Part shown: positions 29,755 through 42,043 of the stretch, one piece after another
Layout: every line of letters begins with the position of its first letter
Numbering within the stretch: position 1 is the first letter of the stretch
Source of the DNA: Eledone cirrhosa
Lineage: Eukaryota
DNA length: 64,000 bases
Reading direction: 5' to 3'
Assembly: GCA_964016885.1 (NCBI GenBank)
Contig: OZ024746.1
Coordinates: 99,758,001 to 99,822,000, forward strand
Notes under the pieces: model-generated
Seen by the model: only the letters and a program-made list of their open reading frames with translations
Databases searched by the model: none
What the model was told of the DNA's origin: nothing
Made by a program: the position numbers and the translations under genes

Positions 29755-30367
29755 TGTGTGTGTGTGTGTGTGTGTGAATGTGTGTTTGTGTGTGTGTGTG
29801 TGCGTGTATGTGTGAATGTGTGTTTGTGTGTGTGTGTGTGTGTGAATGTGCGTTTTTGTGTGTGTGTGTGAATGTGTGTTTGTGTGTGTGTGTGTGTGTG
29901 AATTTGTGTTTGTGTGTGTGTGTGAATGTGCGTTTGTGTATGTACGTGTATATATGTGTGAATGTGTGTTTATGCCATATGAATGTGCGTTTGCGTATGT
30001 ATGTGTATATATGTGTGAATGTGTGTTTGTGTTTGTATATATATATATATATATATATATATACGTGTGTATGTGAATTTGTGTGTATATGAAATAATGA
30101 AATAATGAAATTATTGTGTACAGTGCTCAGGTGCACTACAACTCATCAAAGGTGCATGTATAGTACATAGAATAATGTACAAATGTCAGGAAAATAAACA
30201 GTGTATGAGTCATGATATAATAACAATAACAATAATGAAATATTGTGCACAGTGCCCAGGTGCACCACAACCCATCAAAAAAGTGCATGTACAGTACATA
30301 GGGCAATGCACAAACATCAGTAAAATGAACAGTGCACACATGTGTGCATGTGTATGGAAGGGGCACA

Positions 30368-33190
30368 TCAGGTGTAGTTTTGGCGTATTTCGGGAAGCAT
30401 AAGTGTCTTAAAGGACGCAGTGTCTCGGCAGCTAACAATTGACGCAGGCAGTTTGTTCCATGTTTCAGCAACTCTGAGCGTGAAAAAATGTCTGCGAAAG
30501 TCATGGGAGCTGTGCTGTTTTCTTATCTTGTAGGCATGTCCACGTGTGTTAGATACATGGAGATCAAAGAGGCGCTCAGGGTTGCAGTTGGCGAGATGGT
30601 TAAAAACTTTGTGGGTATTCACCAAGTCCACTGCCAGACGTCGGAGCTTCAATGAATCCATGCCCAGGGAAGCAAGGCGTTCAGAGTATGGTAGGTGTCT
30701 GATGGAGGGTATGCGCTTGGTTGCACGTCTCTGAACAGTTTCCAGGAGGTCAATGTTCCGAGCAAGATAGGGGTTCCAGACTGATGATGCGAATTCCAAG
30801 TGTGGTCGCACCATAGCTGTATACAGTTTTAAATAGATGGCTGGAGAGCGGCTAACAAAGGTCTTGCTGAGTGATGCCAAGACACCCTCGGCCTTCTTGA
30901 CAATCTTAGAGACATGCTTTGTCCAACGCAAATCGTTGCTGACAGTAATGCCCAGGTCACGTTCACAAGAGGACTTTTTGATGTCAGTGTTGTGGAGGGA
31001 GTATGTGGACGCTGGATTTTTCCTTCCAAAATGCATGGTGGTACACTTGTCCACAGCCAGCTTCAGTTGCCAGTCTGTGATCCATTGCTGCATTGTGTCC
31101 AGGTCTGATTGTAGGAAAGAGTTGTAAATTTCAGGATCAGTCCTTTTGATTTCAAGGTACAGCTTGATGTCATCTGCATATTTTAGTACCGTGGCATTCT
31201 GTAAGTTGGCATCTATGTCATTAATATATGCCACAAACAAAAGAGGACCAAGAACAGATCCCTGTGGTACACCAGATGACATCTCATATGGTGAAGAATG
31301 CTGTCCTAGAACTGTGACTACTTCCTTTCGGCTGAGAATGAAGGATTTCAGCCAGTCGAAAAGATCATCCCTCACACCCATTGCAGAGAGTTTTGCCATA
31401 AGTCTTTTGTGTGGCACAGAATTAAAAGCCTTAGCAAAGTCAAGGTAAACAACATCCACCCATGAGCCGCTGTCAGTGATCCGGGTGATGTCCTCAAGGA
31501 ACTCGATAAGCTGATCACAGCAGCTGGAGTTAGGGATAAATCCAAACTGTGAGGGCCGGATGAGGCTGTGAGAGCTCCAGAAGTTCCAAAGTGTTTCTCT
31601 GACACAGGATTCCATCAGTTTGGCCATACAGCTAGTAAGACTGACTGGACGATAGTTGACAGGTGACATGCGGTTGCCCTTTTTGAACAGGGGAATGACA
31701 CTGGCAGTTTTCCACTGCTCTGGAGTAGCACCATTGCTGAGACAGTATTGAAAGAAAAAGAAAGCTGGCGCAAAAGGAAATCCCCGCCACGTTTGAGAAG
31801 CAGGTATGTCACACCATCAAGACCAGGGGAGGCATAGTTGCGCTTATTCTTAAGGTGACGTCGCAACATTGCAGGTGTAAATTCCATAGTTGTTATGGAA
31901 TTTGATGTTAGAGATGGTGGAGATGGTACATTCTGGTTTTCAACAGTAAAAATACTTGCATAGCACTCAGCAATGAGTTCTGCGCATTCCTTGGGATCGT
32001 CAGTGATCTGGCTTGTGTGGGGATTGCGAAGAGGACCAACTGGAGAGTGAGGTCTCTGCTTTGAATGAACATATTTCCAGAACACCTTACTGTCGGGATT
32101 GGTTGCGATGCACTGTTCAAATTCAAGCACTGCCTTCTTTGTCACTTGCTTGAGATGGTTAGAAGATTTATTCCGCTTTTTTCTGTTGGCATCTGATCTA
32201 TGCAGTTTATATTCCCGTTCAGCGTTCCGACGTTCTTTCCTGGCAAGTCGGACTGCTGAAGTTTCCCAGATTGCACTTTTGGGGTGGTTATTTTTCCGCT
32301 TCCGTGGCACTGATGCTGCACACGCTATCCATATTGAGTCCAGGATGCTCTGGAGTATAGAGTTCACATCTCCAGAGTTATACATCTCATGCCAGTTTGG
32401 GCGCTGTAGCTCAGTGCAGTACAAGTTCCAATCTGCCCTCTTCCAATCAAAGCAAGCAGATTGGAGATGGCTCTGGTTTTTGTTGCTGCCCTCAAGTGCC
32501 AGATCGGCAATGATCATAGCATGATCAGAGTCGCCTAGAGGTTCCTCAGTAGTACAACTGATAACCACCTCAGGAGTAGTGGTGAAGATCAGGTCCAAAG
32601 TGTTGTCACCTCTTGTTGGAGAGGTGACTACTTGTGACCAGTTTGAGTCCAGCACTAGTTCAAGGAAATCGTTTGCACCCTGTGGCCAACGAAAGGTTTC
32701 CCAATCGATCTCAGGATGATTGAAGTCACCTGCAATAAACACATAAGTGGCTGTTTTCTTGGCAGCAACTCTGAGGATATCGCAAAGCTGTGTGTCCTGA
32801 TGGTAGTTTGGGGGGCGATAAACAACACCAAGCAGAAGTGTTGACATGGTCATACGTATGTCACAGAAAAAAACTTCTTCCTGTGATTCGTTCAAATCAA
32901 CGCAAGGAATTACCGAAAAGTTTGAACGAACGTAGACCATCACACCACCACCACGGCGGTTAATGCGGTCCTTGCGGAAAAGGTTGTACCCAGTAATGGT
33001 GAAAACCCCATCACAGAGTAAGGAATGTGCCCATGTTTCCGTGACTGTGATGAAGTCAGGGTCGATGCTTCTGACGTAGGATTCGAACAGATGTATCTTG
33101 TTGCATAAACTGCGAGCATTTAAGGACAACAATTTGTACCCTGCTCGCAGTTTATGATGGTGTGTAGAGGGTGGCAGGTTGTTCTGATTT
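30368..33190 (-). CDS. CR1-group ORF2 (APE + RT) with a single frameshift near 31755
   Basis: LNARS, VTETW, AGDFNHP, DSDHA, NYRPVSLTS, YLDFAKAFNSVPH, SGVPQGSVLGPLLF, YADD, VRPHLEFA, TRGHAYK..FFTLRV..WNKLP. Confidence 0.9.
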
Positions 33191-34589
33191 AGTTTCCCAG
33201 AGTTGTAGCAGTTTTTACATTGCCAGTTATTGTGGGTAGATCACACTCAGACCAGCTGGTATCTCTCTTCCACGTTTCACCAGCCTTGACAAACCTCCAG
33301 ATCTGCCCATCATCACGCAGACTGAAACTTTCATCTTGTGCTGAGTTCCGATTCAAGGAAGCTGCAGCACGTAGTTTTGGACGTACATGGGGTGGTAGGC
33401 CTGGGCGTGTTCGGAAGGTAATCCGATTTTCACGCCCAGCTTTAGCAGAGGCCAGATGATATGAGGTTGCCTCTGCGGGGTCCGAGAAAGACAGCCTGAT
33501 GAGTCTGGGTTTTGGACCAGGTCGACCAAGGCGGAGGGCACCCTTTGGGGGAACACAGCCTAGGTCTTTGGCCGAGCTGGCAGCAAATGCCTGAAGATCG
33601 GCCTTGTCCTCTGGTACCCCAATGGCAATCACTTCATGGGTAGCAGATTCCGCAGTCTTTTCAGTCTTTCCAGCAAGAGGTACAGGGAGATTCTTTAGCA
33701 AGGCATTCCGATAAGACCCCTCATTGTGGGGTCCTACCCGAATGCTTGCCTCTATTCCTGCAACTTCCTTTCTCAGAGCAGAAATCATTAGTTGCAGTTC
33801 CGCAAAATCTGTACTGGTCGGTTGTTGTTGTTGTTGTTGTTGCTGCTGCTGCTGTCGTTGTTGGTGATGATGTTCCTCCACGGGAATGGCAGGGGAGGAC
33901 ACAGTCGCAGGTTGTTGCTGTTGTTGTTGTTGTTGGTGATGATGATGTTCCTCCACGGGAATGGCAGGGGAGGACACAGTCGCAGGTTGTTGCTGTTGTT
34001 GTTGTTGGTGATGATGATGTTCCTCCACGGGAATGTTAGGGGAAGACACAGTCACCAGTTGTTGGTGTCGAGATGTACTGGGAGTGGAAGACATGGGTTG
34101 TTGTTGTTTCTGATGTTCTCCCACAGGAATAACAGTAGAAGCCAGTGTCATAGGTTTTTGCCGTTGTTCAGTAACAATGGTAGAGGAAGACACAGTCATT
34201 GGTTTTTGTTGTTGTTGTTGTTTTTCAATAACATTAATAACATTCGTGGAGGCAGGCACACAGGCCAGACACTGAAAGGACCAGGATTTTAGCTGGACCA
34301 TCTCCCATATTCCATCCATCATAGCATTATGATGTCTCTTTTTTTGGCCTGGGGTCCTCCGGAAGCCTGTGGCGCATTGAAGGCAGACAGAGATGCGACA
34401 GGTTCCACATTCGACCCAGCGATTACGGAACGAGTTTTCGGGTTCCGCACAGATATGGCAGATGTGATTTTCTGGGCAATGTTCTATCTTGGGACATCGG
34501 CCGGTTTTGTCGCATATTTCATCGATGGATATCACCATGGCAATTTTGTTATTTCTACCCATCCGTAGAAAAACACAGAATGTAAACAA
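33189..34589 (-). CDS. CR1-group ORF1: PHD-like zinc finger, His/Gln repeats, coiled coil
   Basis: Open 466 codons; CHIC..WVECGTC..VCLQC..FQCLAC; LQLMISALRKEVAGIE coiled coil; RLGRPGPKPRLIRL motif. The real start is probably the ATG at 34562. Confidence 0.85.
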   Translation of the reverse strand: MFTFCVFLRMGRNNKIAMVISIDEICDKTGRCPKIEHCPENHICHICAEPENSFRNRWVECGTCRISVCLQCATGFRRTPGQKKRHHNAMMDGIWEMVQLKSWSFQCLACVPASTNVINVIEKQQQQQKPMTVSSSTIVTEQRQKPMTLASTVIPVGEHQKQQQPMSSTPSTSRHQQLVTVSSPNIPVEEHHHHQQQQQQQPATVSSPAIPVEEHHHHQQQQQQQQPATVSSPAIPVEEHHHQQRQQQQQQQQQQQPTSTDFAELQLMISALRKEVAGIEASIRVGPHNEGSYRNALLKNLPVPLAGKTEKTAESATHEVIAIGVPEDKADLQAFAASSAKDLGCVPPKGALRLGRPGPKPRLIRLSFSDPAEATSYHLASAKAGRENRITFRTRPGLPPHVRPKLRAAASLNRNSAQDESFSLRDDGQIWRFVKAGETWKRDTSWSECDLPTITGNVKTATTLGN

Positions 34590-35389
34590 TATAGGTTTAG
34601 CGCACTTGATTACGATAGAAATAAAATGTCTGTTTTTTTGTGTATTTTGTTTCCGTTTTCCTAAATGTTGTGTGTGTACAGAAGAGTCTGAATTACATTA
34701 CATGTAAACAAATAAATATGCTGCGTAAGTTAAATGAAACGTACTGTAGAAGGCAGTTGTTTATTAACAGCGAAATAAGGTTTTTTTTTGTTTTTTTTTC
34801 CCCTGATACTGCTTCTTTATAGTAAACTTTCAATAATATTTTTTTTTCCAAATTATTAACTTTCAGCTGCTAGTATATATATATAATTAAAAGGTGTATG
34901 TGGGTTAGAAGCGAGGTCAATGTTAAGAAATATTTTACCAATGTAAATTGGTAAAATTGGCCGGTATAGTGTCTCACACGAAATAGTGTGGTTTCTTTTC
35001 ACGTGTGTGTATATGCATATGGTATGTATCTGTATGTAAATCTGTGTGTATATTGTTGTTTATATGTTTTGTGGAGTACTTACTGCGATCCTTAAGGGAC
35101 GTAGTGATTTGTTTTGTTTTTTTTTTCTTTTTTCCCCGTCCATGTCCACACGTGGTTTGTTGGCGAAAATCAAGTCAAATTATATATACTTCGTTAAAAT
35201 AATTCTATCTTGAAACTGGTACTAGTTGTCAGGGAACAGTGAAAGTAATTGTGATAATGAATATTGTAATCCATCTGACATGTGTTTAAAGGGCAGTTTT
35301 TGGTGAAAATATTATATTTTGTTCGGTCAAGACGTGGTCAAGCGACCTTCCTTGTCGCCATGTTAACTCCCTAAAAGTTAATATGTGCG

Positions 35390-36362
35390 GGAATATGTGT
35401 GTTTGTGTATGTACGTGTATATGTGTGTGAACAGTGTGTGTATGTATGTGTCTGTGTGTGGATGTACGTTTGTGTATGTACGTGTGTGAATGTGTGTTTG
35501 TGTATGTATATATATATATGTGTGTGTGTATATGTGTGTGAATGTGTGTTTTTGTATGTACGTGTATATATGTGTGTGAATGTGCGTTTGTGTATGTATG
35601 TGTATAGATGTGTGAATGTGTTTTAGTATGTATGTGTATATATATGTGAATGTGTGTTTGTGTATGTATGTGTATATGTGTGGAATGTGTGATTGTTTAT
35701 GTGTGTTTATGTCATGTGTGTGTGTAAGTATGTGTGTGTATGTAAGTGTATGTGTGCGTGTATCTATGTGTGTATGTGTATGTGCATGTGTGTGAATGAA
35801 TATGTATGTGCATGCGTGTATGTGAATGAATGTGTATGTGTGTGTGTGTACTGGTACATATGTGTGTGTGTGAGAATATGTGTGCATGTATGTGTATGTG
35901 CATGTATGTGCATGTGTATGTATGAATATATATGTGTATGTGTGTATGTGAATGAATATGTATGTATGTGTTGTTAAATATGTATGTGTTGTTATATATG
36001 TATGTGTGTTGTTATATATGTATGTGTTGTTATATATGTATGTGTGTGTTGTTATATATATATGTATGTGTTGTTATATATGTATGTGTTGTTATATATG
36101 TATGTGTGTGTTGTTATATATGTATGTGTGTGTTGTTATATATGTATGTGTGTTGTTATATATGTATGTGTTGTTATATATGTATGTATGTGTTGTTATA
36201 TATGTATGTGTGTGTTGTTATATATGTATGTGTGTGTTATTATATATGTATGTGTTTTGAAAATATCAGTTTTTATTCTTTTTTTATTTCGTTTTATTAG
36301 TTTTCATCTATTTTCTTCTATTTTCTTCTATTTTCTTCTATTTTCTTCTATTTTCTTCTAGC
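35390..36362. repeat. (TG/TATG) arrays, a 20-24 bp GTTATATATGTATGT minisatellite and (TTTTCTTCTA)n
   Basis: Directly visible. Confidence 0.9.
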
Positions 36363-36694
36363 AAATTCCAATAGGTTTCTATGTGCAAGTATAAATGCTT
36401 AAAAGGATCGCATGGCAATCACATTTTCCGTTCCTAACCCCTCGTGTGTGACAATGAGTCACTGTTTTCTACGGTAGCCTAGAATTAACTAATCACATGA
36501 AAGTGATTTGATCAATGAAAACTGCGCGAAAGTCCGTCACATAAACATACATACACACACACACACATACATACATATATACATACATATATACATATAT
36601 ACATACATACACACACATACATATATACATACATACATATATACATACATACACACATACATATATATACATGCATACATACATACATACATAT

Positions 36695-37205
36695 ATGGCG
36701 GCCGCCAACTCGTTTTCGAGTACGGCCACTACTTTATATCCATGTAGGAGAACCCCCACCGATGCGCTGAACGAGTGTGACTTTTTAGTCCAGCCAGAGA
36801 CTTAAAAACTCTGGTACAAACACTACACTTGCCACAATTATTGACACATAGTGCTGGGCCCATGGTACCATGTGACAAGTGCAGAGAGATCTCCAGATAT
36901 AAAGCAATGCCTGTGCCGTGAAGCTTTTATAGTGAGCAAAGGCACTGCACAAATCCAGTCCCACTCTTTTAACCAAGATGATATTTACCAAAAAGAAGAA
37001 CAAGTCAACATCATTGGATACCATCAGGGTTGCAGGTGTTATATCAGAGTTTTCCTTCTCCTAGAATTCTGCCTTGATAAAGGCTCAGGGGTCATCTCTC
37101 CCGGTGATTTTGGATGGCCATTGACTCTTAAGAGCTCCTTTGCCCTTTGACAGGTTTTGTTTTTAGTCTTGCAGGATGTCCAAAGTCACCCTCCTCACCA
37201 AGAAA
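36695..37205 (-). mobile_element. Non-autonomous RTE-related short element
   Basis: Same 3' hairpin/(ATGT)n tail and 5' block as 13048-13652. Confidence 0.45.
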
Positions 37206-37214
37206 CCTTATACA

Positions 37215-37350
37215 TATATAAGTGGTGGAATGTTCCAGTAAAAACCTCAATAAAATGCAGGTATAACAGACCAGATATTATGATATGGGACAGGGAGAAG
37301 AAAGCATACACAGTAGTGGAAATTAGCTGCCCAGTTGATGTTGTGTAAAT
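37215..37350 (+). mobile_element. R4-like RLE fragment
   Basis: WWNVPVKT...NRPDIMIWDREKK...VEISCP; homologous to 47520-47640. Confidence 0.65.
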
Positions 37351-37524
37351 TCCAATGAGAGAGTCTTGTGTCTATGTTAGAAACCGACTCTCTCTCTATT
37401 GGGAAAACTTTGTGAAATTATAAAACCAGAAGAACATACATACATACATACACACACATATGATCGCTGCTCCCTCGTTATCGAGTATGGCCATCACGCG
37501 ATTAATATATATATATATATATAT

Positions 37525-37673
37525 CCGTCCCCTCAATCTATCTTAGTTATCATTCTTTCTTTTGATGAAGGACTAGCGTCCGAAACGTTAAGACCCTCTT
37601 CCTGCTATATCAAGCGTTAACCTAATATATCCCTTCCATATACTGTAACGATTGTGTTTTTATTTCTATTTAC

Positions 37674-37680
<7 letters not shown>
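37525..37680 (+). mobile_element. PLE pLTR remnant with hammerhead-like core
   Basis: TTGATGA-AGGAC-TAGC-GTCC-GAAACGTT (37562-37589), ending at (TA)n. Confidence 0.5.
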
Positions 37681-37753
<73 letters not shown>

Positions 37754-37754
37754 G

Positions 37755-39390
37755 AAAAATTTGAACAGGGACAGAACAGAGAGACAGTACAATAAATGTT
37801 TATTAAATTTACGCTCAGGAGAGTGGGGGGTAGGCGGGGGACGACGTTTCGGGCATAAGCCCTTCCTCAGGTGAGAAGTGTGTGGGAACAGAGTTCAAAA
37901 GGTGTGTAGGGGAGTGGTGGAGAGACATATAGCGAAAGGAAACGGTGCGAATGAAAAATTAACAAATAAAGATAAAAAATATAAAAAATATAAAAAATAA
38001 AAATAAAGCATGATCAAAATACAAGGAATGAGAAAATTTAAAAATAAAGGCATGATCAAAATAAACTGAAATTAAAAGGGGGGTAAACAGGTGGTGGAAG
38101 GGTGTGGGGTGAGTAGGGGTAGTGGCGGTTGGAGTGGGGAGAGGGAGACGGGGTGTCCGAGCGGGGAGGGCTGAAGGTGGTGTGTGTGTGTAGGTGTGCG
38201 TGTGTGTGTGTGTGTGTGTATGTGAAAGTGAGGGTTGGGGGAAGAACGGGGTTGCATGTTCAGGAAGAGGTGTGTGTGGGGGGTGTATTTGTGGGTCGGA
38301 GTGTCTGTGCGTGTGTGGATAGGGGGGTGGGGGGAGAGGAATCAGGAGGCTGAGGGTGTAAATATGTGGTGCGAAGCACGTGTGTGGGGGATTTAAGCGT
38401 GTTGTGGGTGTGGGTGGCGTGTGGAGAAAAAATTTTTTGGGGGTGTGTGTGTGGGTGAGTTATATAGGTGATGACGTAAGAGGATGGTTGAAAAGTTGGT
38501 AAGTTCCAAGGATGTTTGGAGATTTGGTTATAAGTCAATTTCTGCGTGTAGGTAATCCATGAAGCGGTGGTCGGAAGAGGAGAGATGTGGGGTGCGCGCG
38601 CAACAGGAAGTGGTCAGCAGTGGGAGTGCTGTGGTCTGTTGGTGCTGGGAGGTGGTCAGAAGGGCATAGCAGCAGTCGGTGGAATGGTAGGGGGCGAGGA
38701 TAGGCAGGTGTGAGAGTTGGAGTGAGAAGGGTGTGTGTGTGTGTGTATTAGTAGGGGTGTTAGTGGGATGAGTGAGTGTGGAGCGGGGGTGTGGGTGGAG
38801 CGGGGAGAGAAGGGTGTGTGTGGTTCTATGGAGGGAGTGTGGTGTACTGGTGTGTGTGTAGTTTGGTGAAGAGGTGTTAGTGGGTGTTAGTATACGGGAG
38901 GTGGGGAGGGGTGGAATGCAGGTGTGAGTGGGGGTTAGTGGTGGTAGGGTGTGTAGAGTTGGTGGTGTACGAGGGTGTGTGGGTGCGGGTGTGCGTGTGA
39001 TAAGGAGGGGGAGGAGGAGAAGAGGGGAGGGAAGGGATGTTAGTATGTTAGTTGGGGAAGGGTGGTCAGATGAGGGGTGGAGTGGAGGTGTTAGTATTGT
39101 TAGTGTGGGGTGGGCGGTGAAAAGGAGGGGTGTGTTAGTGGTGTTAGTGGGGATAAGAGTGGGGGGGGGGGTCGAACGCTAAAGGAATAAGGGTGGTGAG
39201 TTCAGGCCGGGGGGAGTGTGGGTCTGTAAGATGAAGATAGTTCGTTGTTCGACCGTAAGGCGATGGGCGGGTGTTCCGTGGCACAGACTGTGAGATGGTG
39301 TGCGGAGTGTCCAGGGCCACCAAAGTGGCGGGCGATGGGGGAACTGCCCTCGAGACGAATATCCCGGAGGTGCTCCGTGACTCGGTCCGA
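37755..39390 (-). mobile_element. Second PLE family: GIY-YIG C-terminus, C/A-rich 3' region, hammerhead-like core
   Basis: Minus-strand DRVTEHLRDIR..SPIARHF..PGH at 39390-39300; CTGAGGA-AGGGC-TTAT-GCCC-GAAACGTCGTC at 37870-37840. Confidence 0.65.
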
Positions 39391-40091
39391 TATATATATA
39401 TATATTTATTAAAATAACAGATTAAAGTTTAAGCAAAGAATCGCTGCTTTCACCCTTAACGGGATCTTCTGAAACTAACAAAGACAATCTGTAAACGCAG
39501 AACTGAATATTTCAAAAAACGTTGCAACCGGAGGAAGACAGGAAGACGATACTTTGGTTCGTGGTAACGTTCGCTGGCAAAGAACGGAAAAAAACGAATA
39601 ATACGTCATTAATAGGAGCAGTGAAAAACAATTACGCGCAAAGACAGAACCACGTTTATGGTATAAAAGAGGTCGTAGACTAATGTTCTCTTAGGTGGTG
39701 CATAGAGACGTTCTCTGGCAATGAACGAAAAAACGAAGATAATAAGTCATATGTGGAGCGTGGAGAACAATATCACGCAAAGACAAAACCACGTAAATGG
39801 TATAGCAGAAGTCGTAGACTAAAATTAATCTCCGCTACAGAGTTAAGAACAAAGTAAATAAATACAATACAGAAGTAATAGAAACAAATAAATACATACA
39901 TGCAAACAGATACGTACATACACAAGCATACGCAAAACCTTACCATAGGTATACAGAACCACGCACATATAAATATGTGTGTGTGTGTGTGTATGCTTGT
40001 GTACAAATAAATAAATAATTATATCAACGTATATAAGTAAATAAATGCGTATATAACAAGCGCACACGCATACCTACATATAAATACACGA

Positions 40092-41081
40092 ATGTTCGGA
40101 GACTTAAGTCAACTAAAACAAGAAGTACACATATACACACACCCACCATACGTACGAACCTGCATACTCACAAAGCCGAATCATACGCTTAATTACATAA
40201 GTAAGCATTCCAACCATCCTGCCAGCATAACCAAGAACCTGGTAAGAAACGTTTCGTTGAGGCTTTCCCGTCTTTCCACCAACGAGCGCATTTTCAACGA
40301 CCATTCCACTTATTACAATGAAGCTCTTGCTCGAAGTAGATTTGTCGATAAGTTAGCATATACAGAGTACGAAAATAGACCTAGAAGAAATAGATCCCGT
40401 CGCATTTGTTGGTTTAACCCACCATATAATATGGAGGTGGCCACACCATTAGCTAAGATCTTTCTTTCCCTTATTACGAAGCATTTTCCCCCTACACATA
40501 AATATAGTAAAATTTTTAATAGAAATACTATTAAAATTTCTTACTCTACGACTCCTAACCTTGCACATAACATCACAGCTTCAAATTTAGCTAAACTACC
40601 TAGCCGTAGGAACACGTGCAACCCAATAGTTCGTACTAACTGTAACTGTAGGAATCGGGCTGATTGCCCACTATCCGGGAAATGCCTCTCTAGTAACATT
40701 GTCTACAAATGTAAGGTTGTAACACCCACGTCCCATAGGGCCTACATAGGGTTAACCGCCAATAGTTTCAAGCAGCGTCTTTACATGCATACCCATTCTT
40801 TTCGCTACCCTCTAAGAAGGAATATGACGTCACTTTCAGCTTATATCTGGAGTCTAAAAGATAACCACACCCAATATAAGTTACACTGGGAGATCCTAGC
40901 TAGGGCTAGATCGTATAACGGAAATAAAAGACCATGTGACCTCTGCGCCGCTGAGGCCCTGGAAATACTCTACGCCACAGACCACATCTTAAACAAAAAA
41001 TCTGAGGCAATTTCGGCTTGTAAACATAAATTGCACAAAACTTTCCTGTATTACAGCCCCACGTTATACCCTAACGGATAG
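40092..41081 (+). CDS. Truncated PLE ORF: RT thumb, Cys-rich linker and GIY-YIG endonuclease
   Basis: SNHP, WFNPPY, KIFNRNTIKISYS, CNCRNRADCPLSGKC, VYKC..YIG.T..FKQR..H, CDLC..E, LNKKSE..C.H; the RT core is missing. Confidence 0.85.
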   Translation: MFGDLSQLKQEVHIYTHPPYVRTCILTKPNHTLNYISKHSNHPASITKNLVRNVSLRLSRLSTNERIFNDHSTYYNEALARSRFVDKLAYTEYENRPRRNRSRRICWFNPPYNMEVATPLAKIFLSLITKHFPPTHKYSKIFNRNTIKISYSTTPNLAHNITASNLAKLPSRRNTCNPIVRTNCNCRNRADCPLSGKCLSSNIVYKCKVVTPTSHRAYIGLTANSFKQRLYMHTHSFRYPLRRNMTSLSAYIWSLKDNHTQYKLHWEILARARSYNGNKRPCDLCAAEALEILYATDHILNKKSEAISACKHKLHKTFLYYSPTLYPNG

Positions 41082-41992
41082 CACGACCTATACGTGGATA
41101 TTTTACGTCTTGATGTGGGAGCTAAGTATATGTTTTGTTTATTCCTTTACTTATTTGCATAGGTAAGTATATATTACCCGTATGTTTTGTGAAGGTATGT
41201 ATACTTTCTCGTACGTATATTTGACTGTTATGGCGTATAATTTTTACATAGTCTGGTATTTAGGGTTTGGCTATATGTATACGGGAGTTTTGCGTCTGCG
41301 TGAGTATGCAGGTTCGTACGTATGGTGGGTGTGTGTATATGTGTACTTCTTGTTTTAGTTGACTTAAGTCTCCGAACATTCGTGTATTTATATGTAGGTA
41401 TGCGTGTGCGCTTGTTATATACGCATTTATTTACTTATATACGTTGATATAATTATTTATTTATTTGTACACAAGCATACACACACACACACATATTTAT
41501 ATGTGCGTGGTTCTGTATACCTATGGTAAGGTTTTGCGTATTCTTGTGTATGTACGTATCTGTTTGCATGTATGTATTTATTTGTTTCTATTACTTCTGT
41601 ATTGTATTTATTTACTTTGTTCTTAACTCTGTAGCGAAGATTAATTTTAGTCTACGACTTCTGCTATACCATTTACGTGGTTTTGTCTTTGCGTGATATT
41701 GTTCTCCACGCTCCACATATGACTTATTATCTTCGTTTTTTCGTTCATTGCCAGAGAACGTCTCTATGCACCACCTAAGAGAACATTAGTCTACGACCTC
41801 TTTTATACCATAAACGTGGTTCTGTCTTTGCGCGTAATTGTTTTTCACCACTCCTATTAATGACGTATTATTCGTTTTTTCCCGTTCTTTGCCAGCGAAC
41901 GTTACCACGATCCAAAGTATCGTCTTCCTGTCTTCCTCCGGTTGCAACGTTTTTTGAAATATCCAGTTCTGCGTTTACAGATTGACTTTGTT

Positions 41993-42043
41993 AGTTTCAG
42001 AAGATCCCGTTAAGGGTGAAAGCAGCGATTCTTTGCTTAAACT
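41993..42043 (+). ncRNA. Non-canonical type-I hammerhead (CAGAAGA core) in the pLTR
   Basis: AGTTT CAGAAGA TCCC-GTTAA-GGGT GAAA GCA-N9-TGC TT^AAACT; also at 28919-28969, 39426-39476 (-) and 54564-54614. Confidence 0.55.

Larger units (their letters stand above)
30090..35380 (-). mobile_element. Near-intact CR1-group LINE inserted in a (CA)-rich array
   Basis: PHD-ORF1 plus APE-RT ORF2; 8-bp tail repeat (TTTCATTA)x3 at ~30090-30113; CA-rich flanks on both sides; the 5' boundary is approximate. Confidence 0.9.

Noticed and set aside
32099-32524. Antisense ORFs over LINE coding regions (also 6198-6554, 7751-8212)
   Set aside because: Shadow frames with no motifs.
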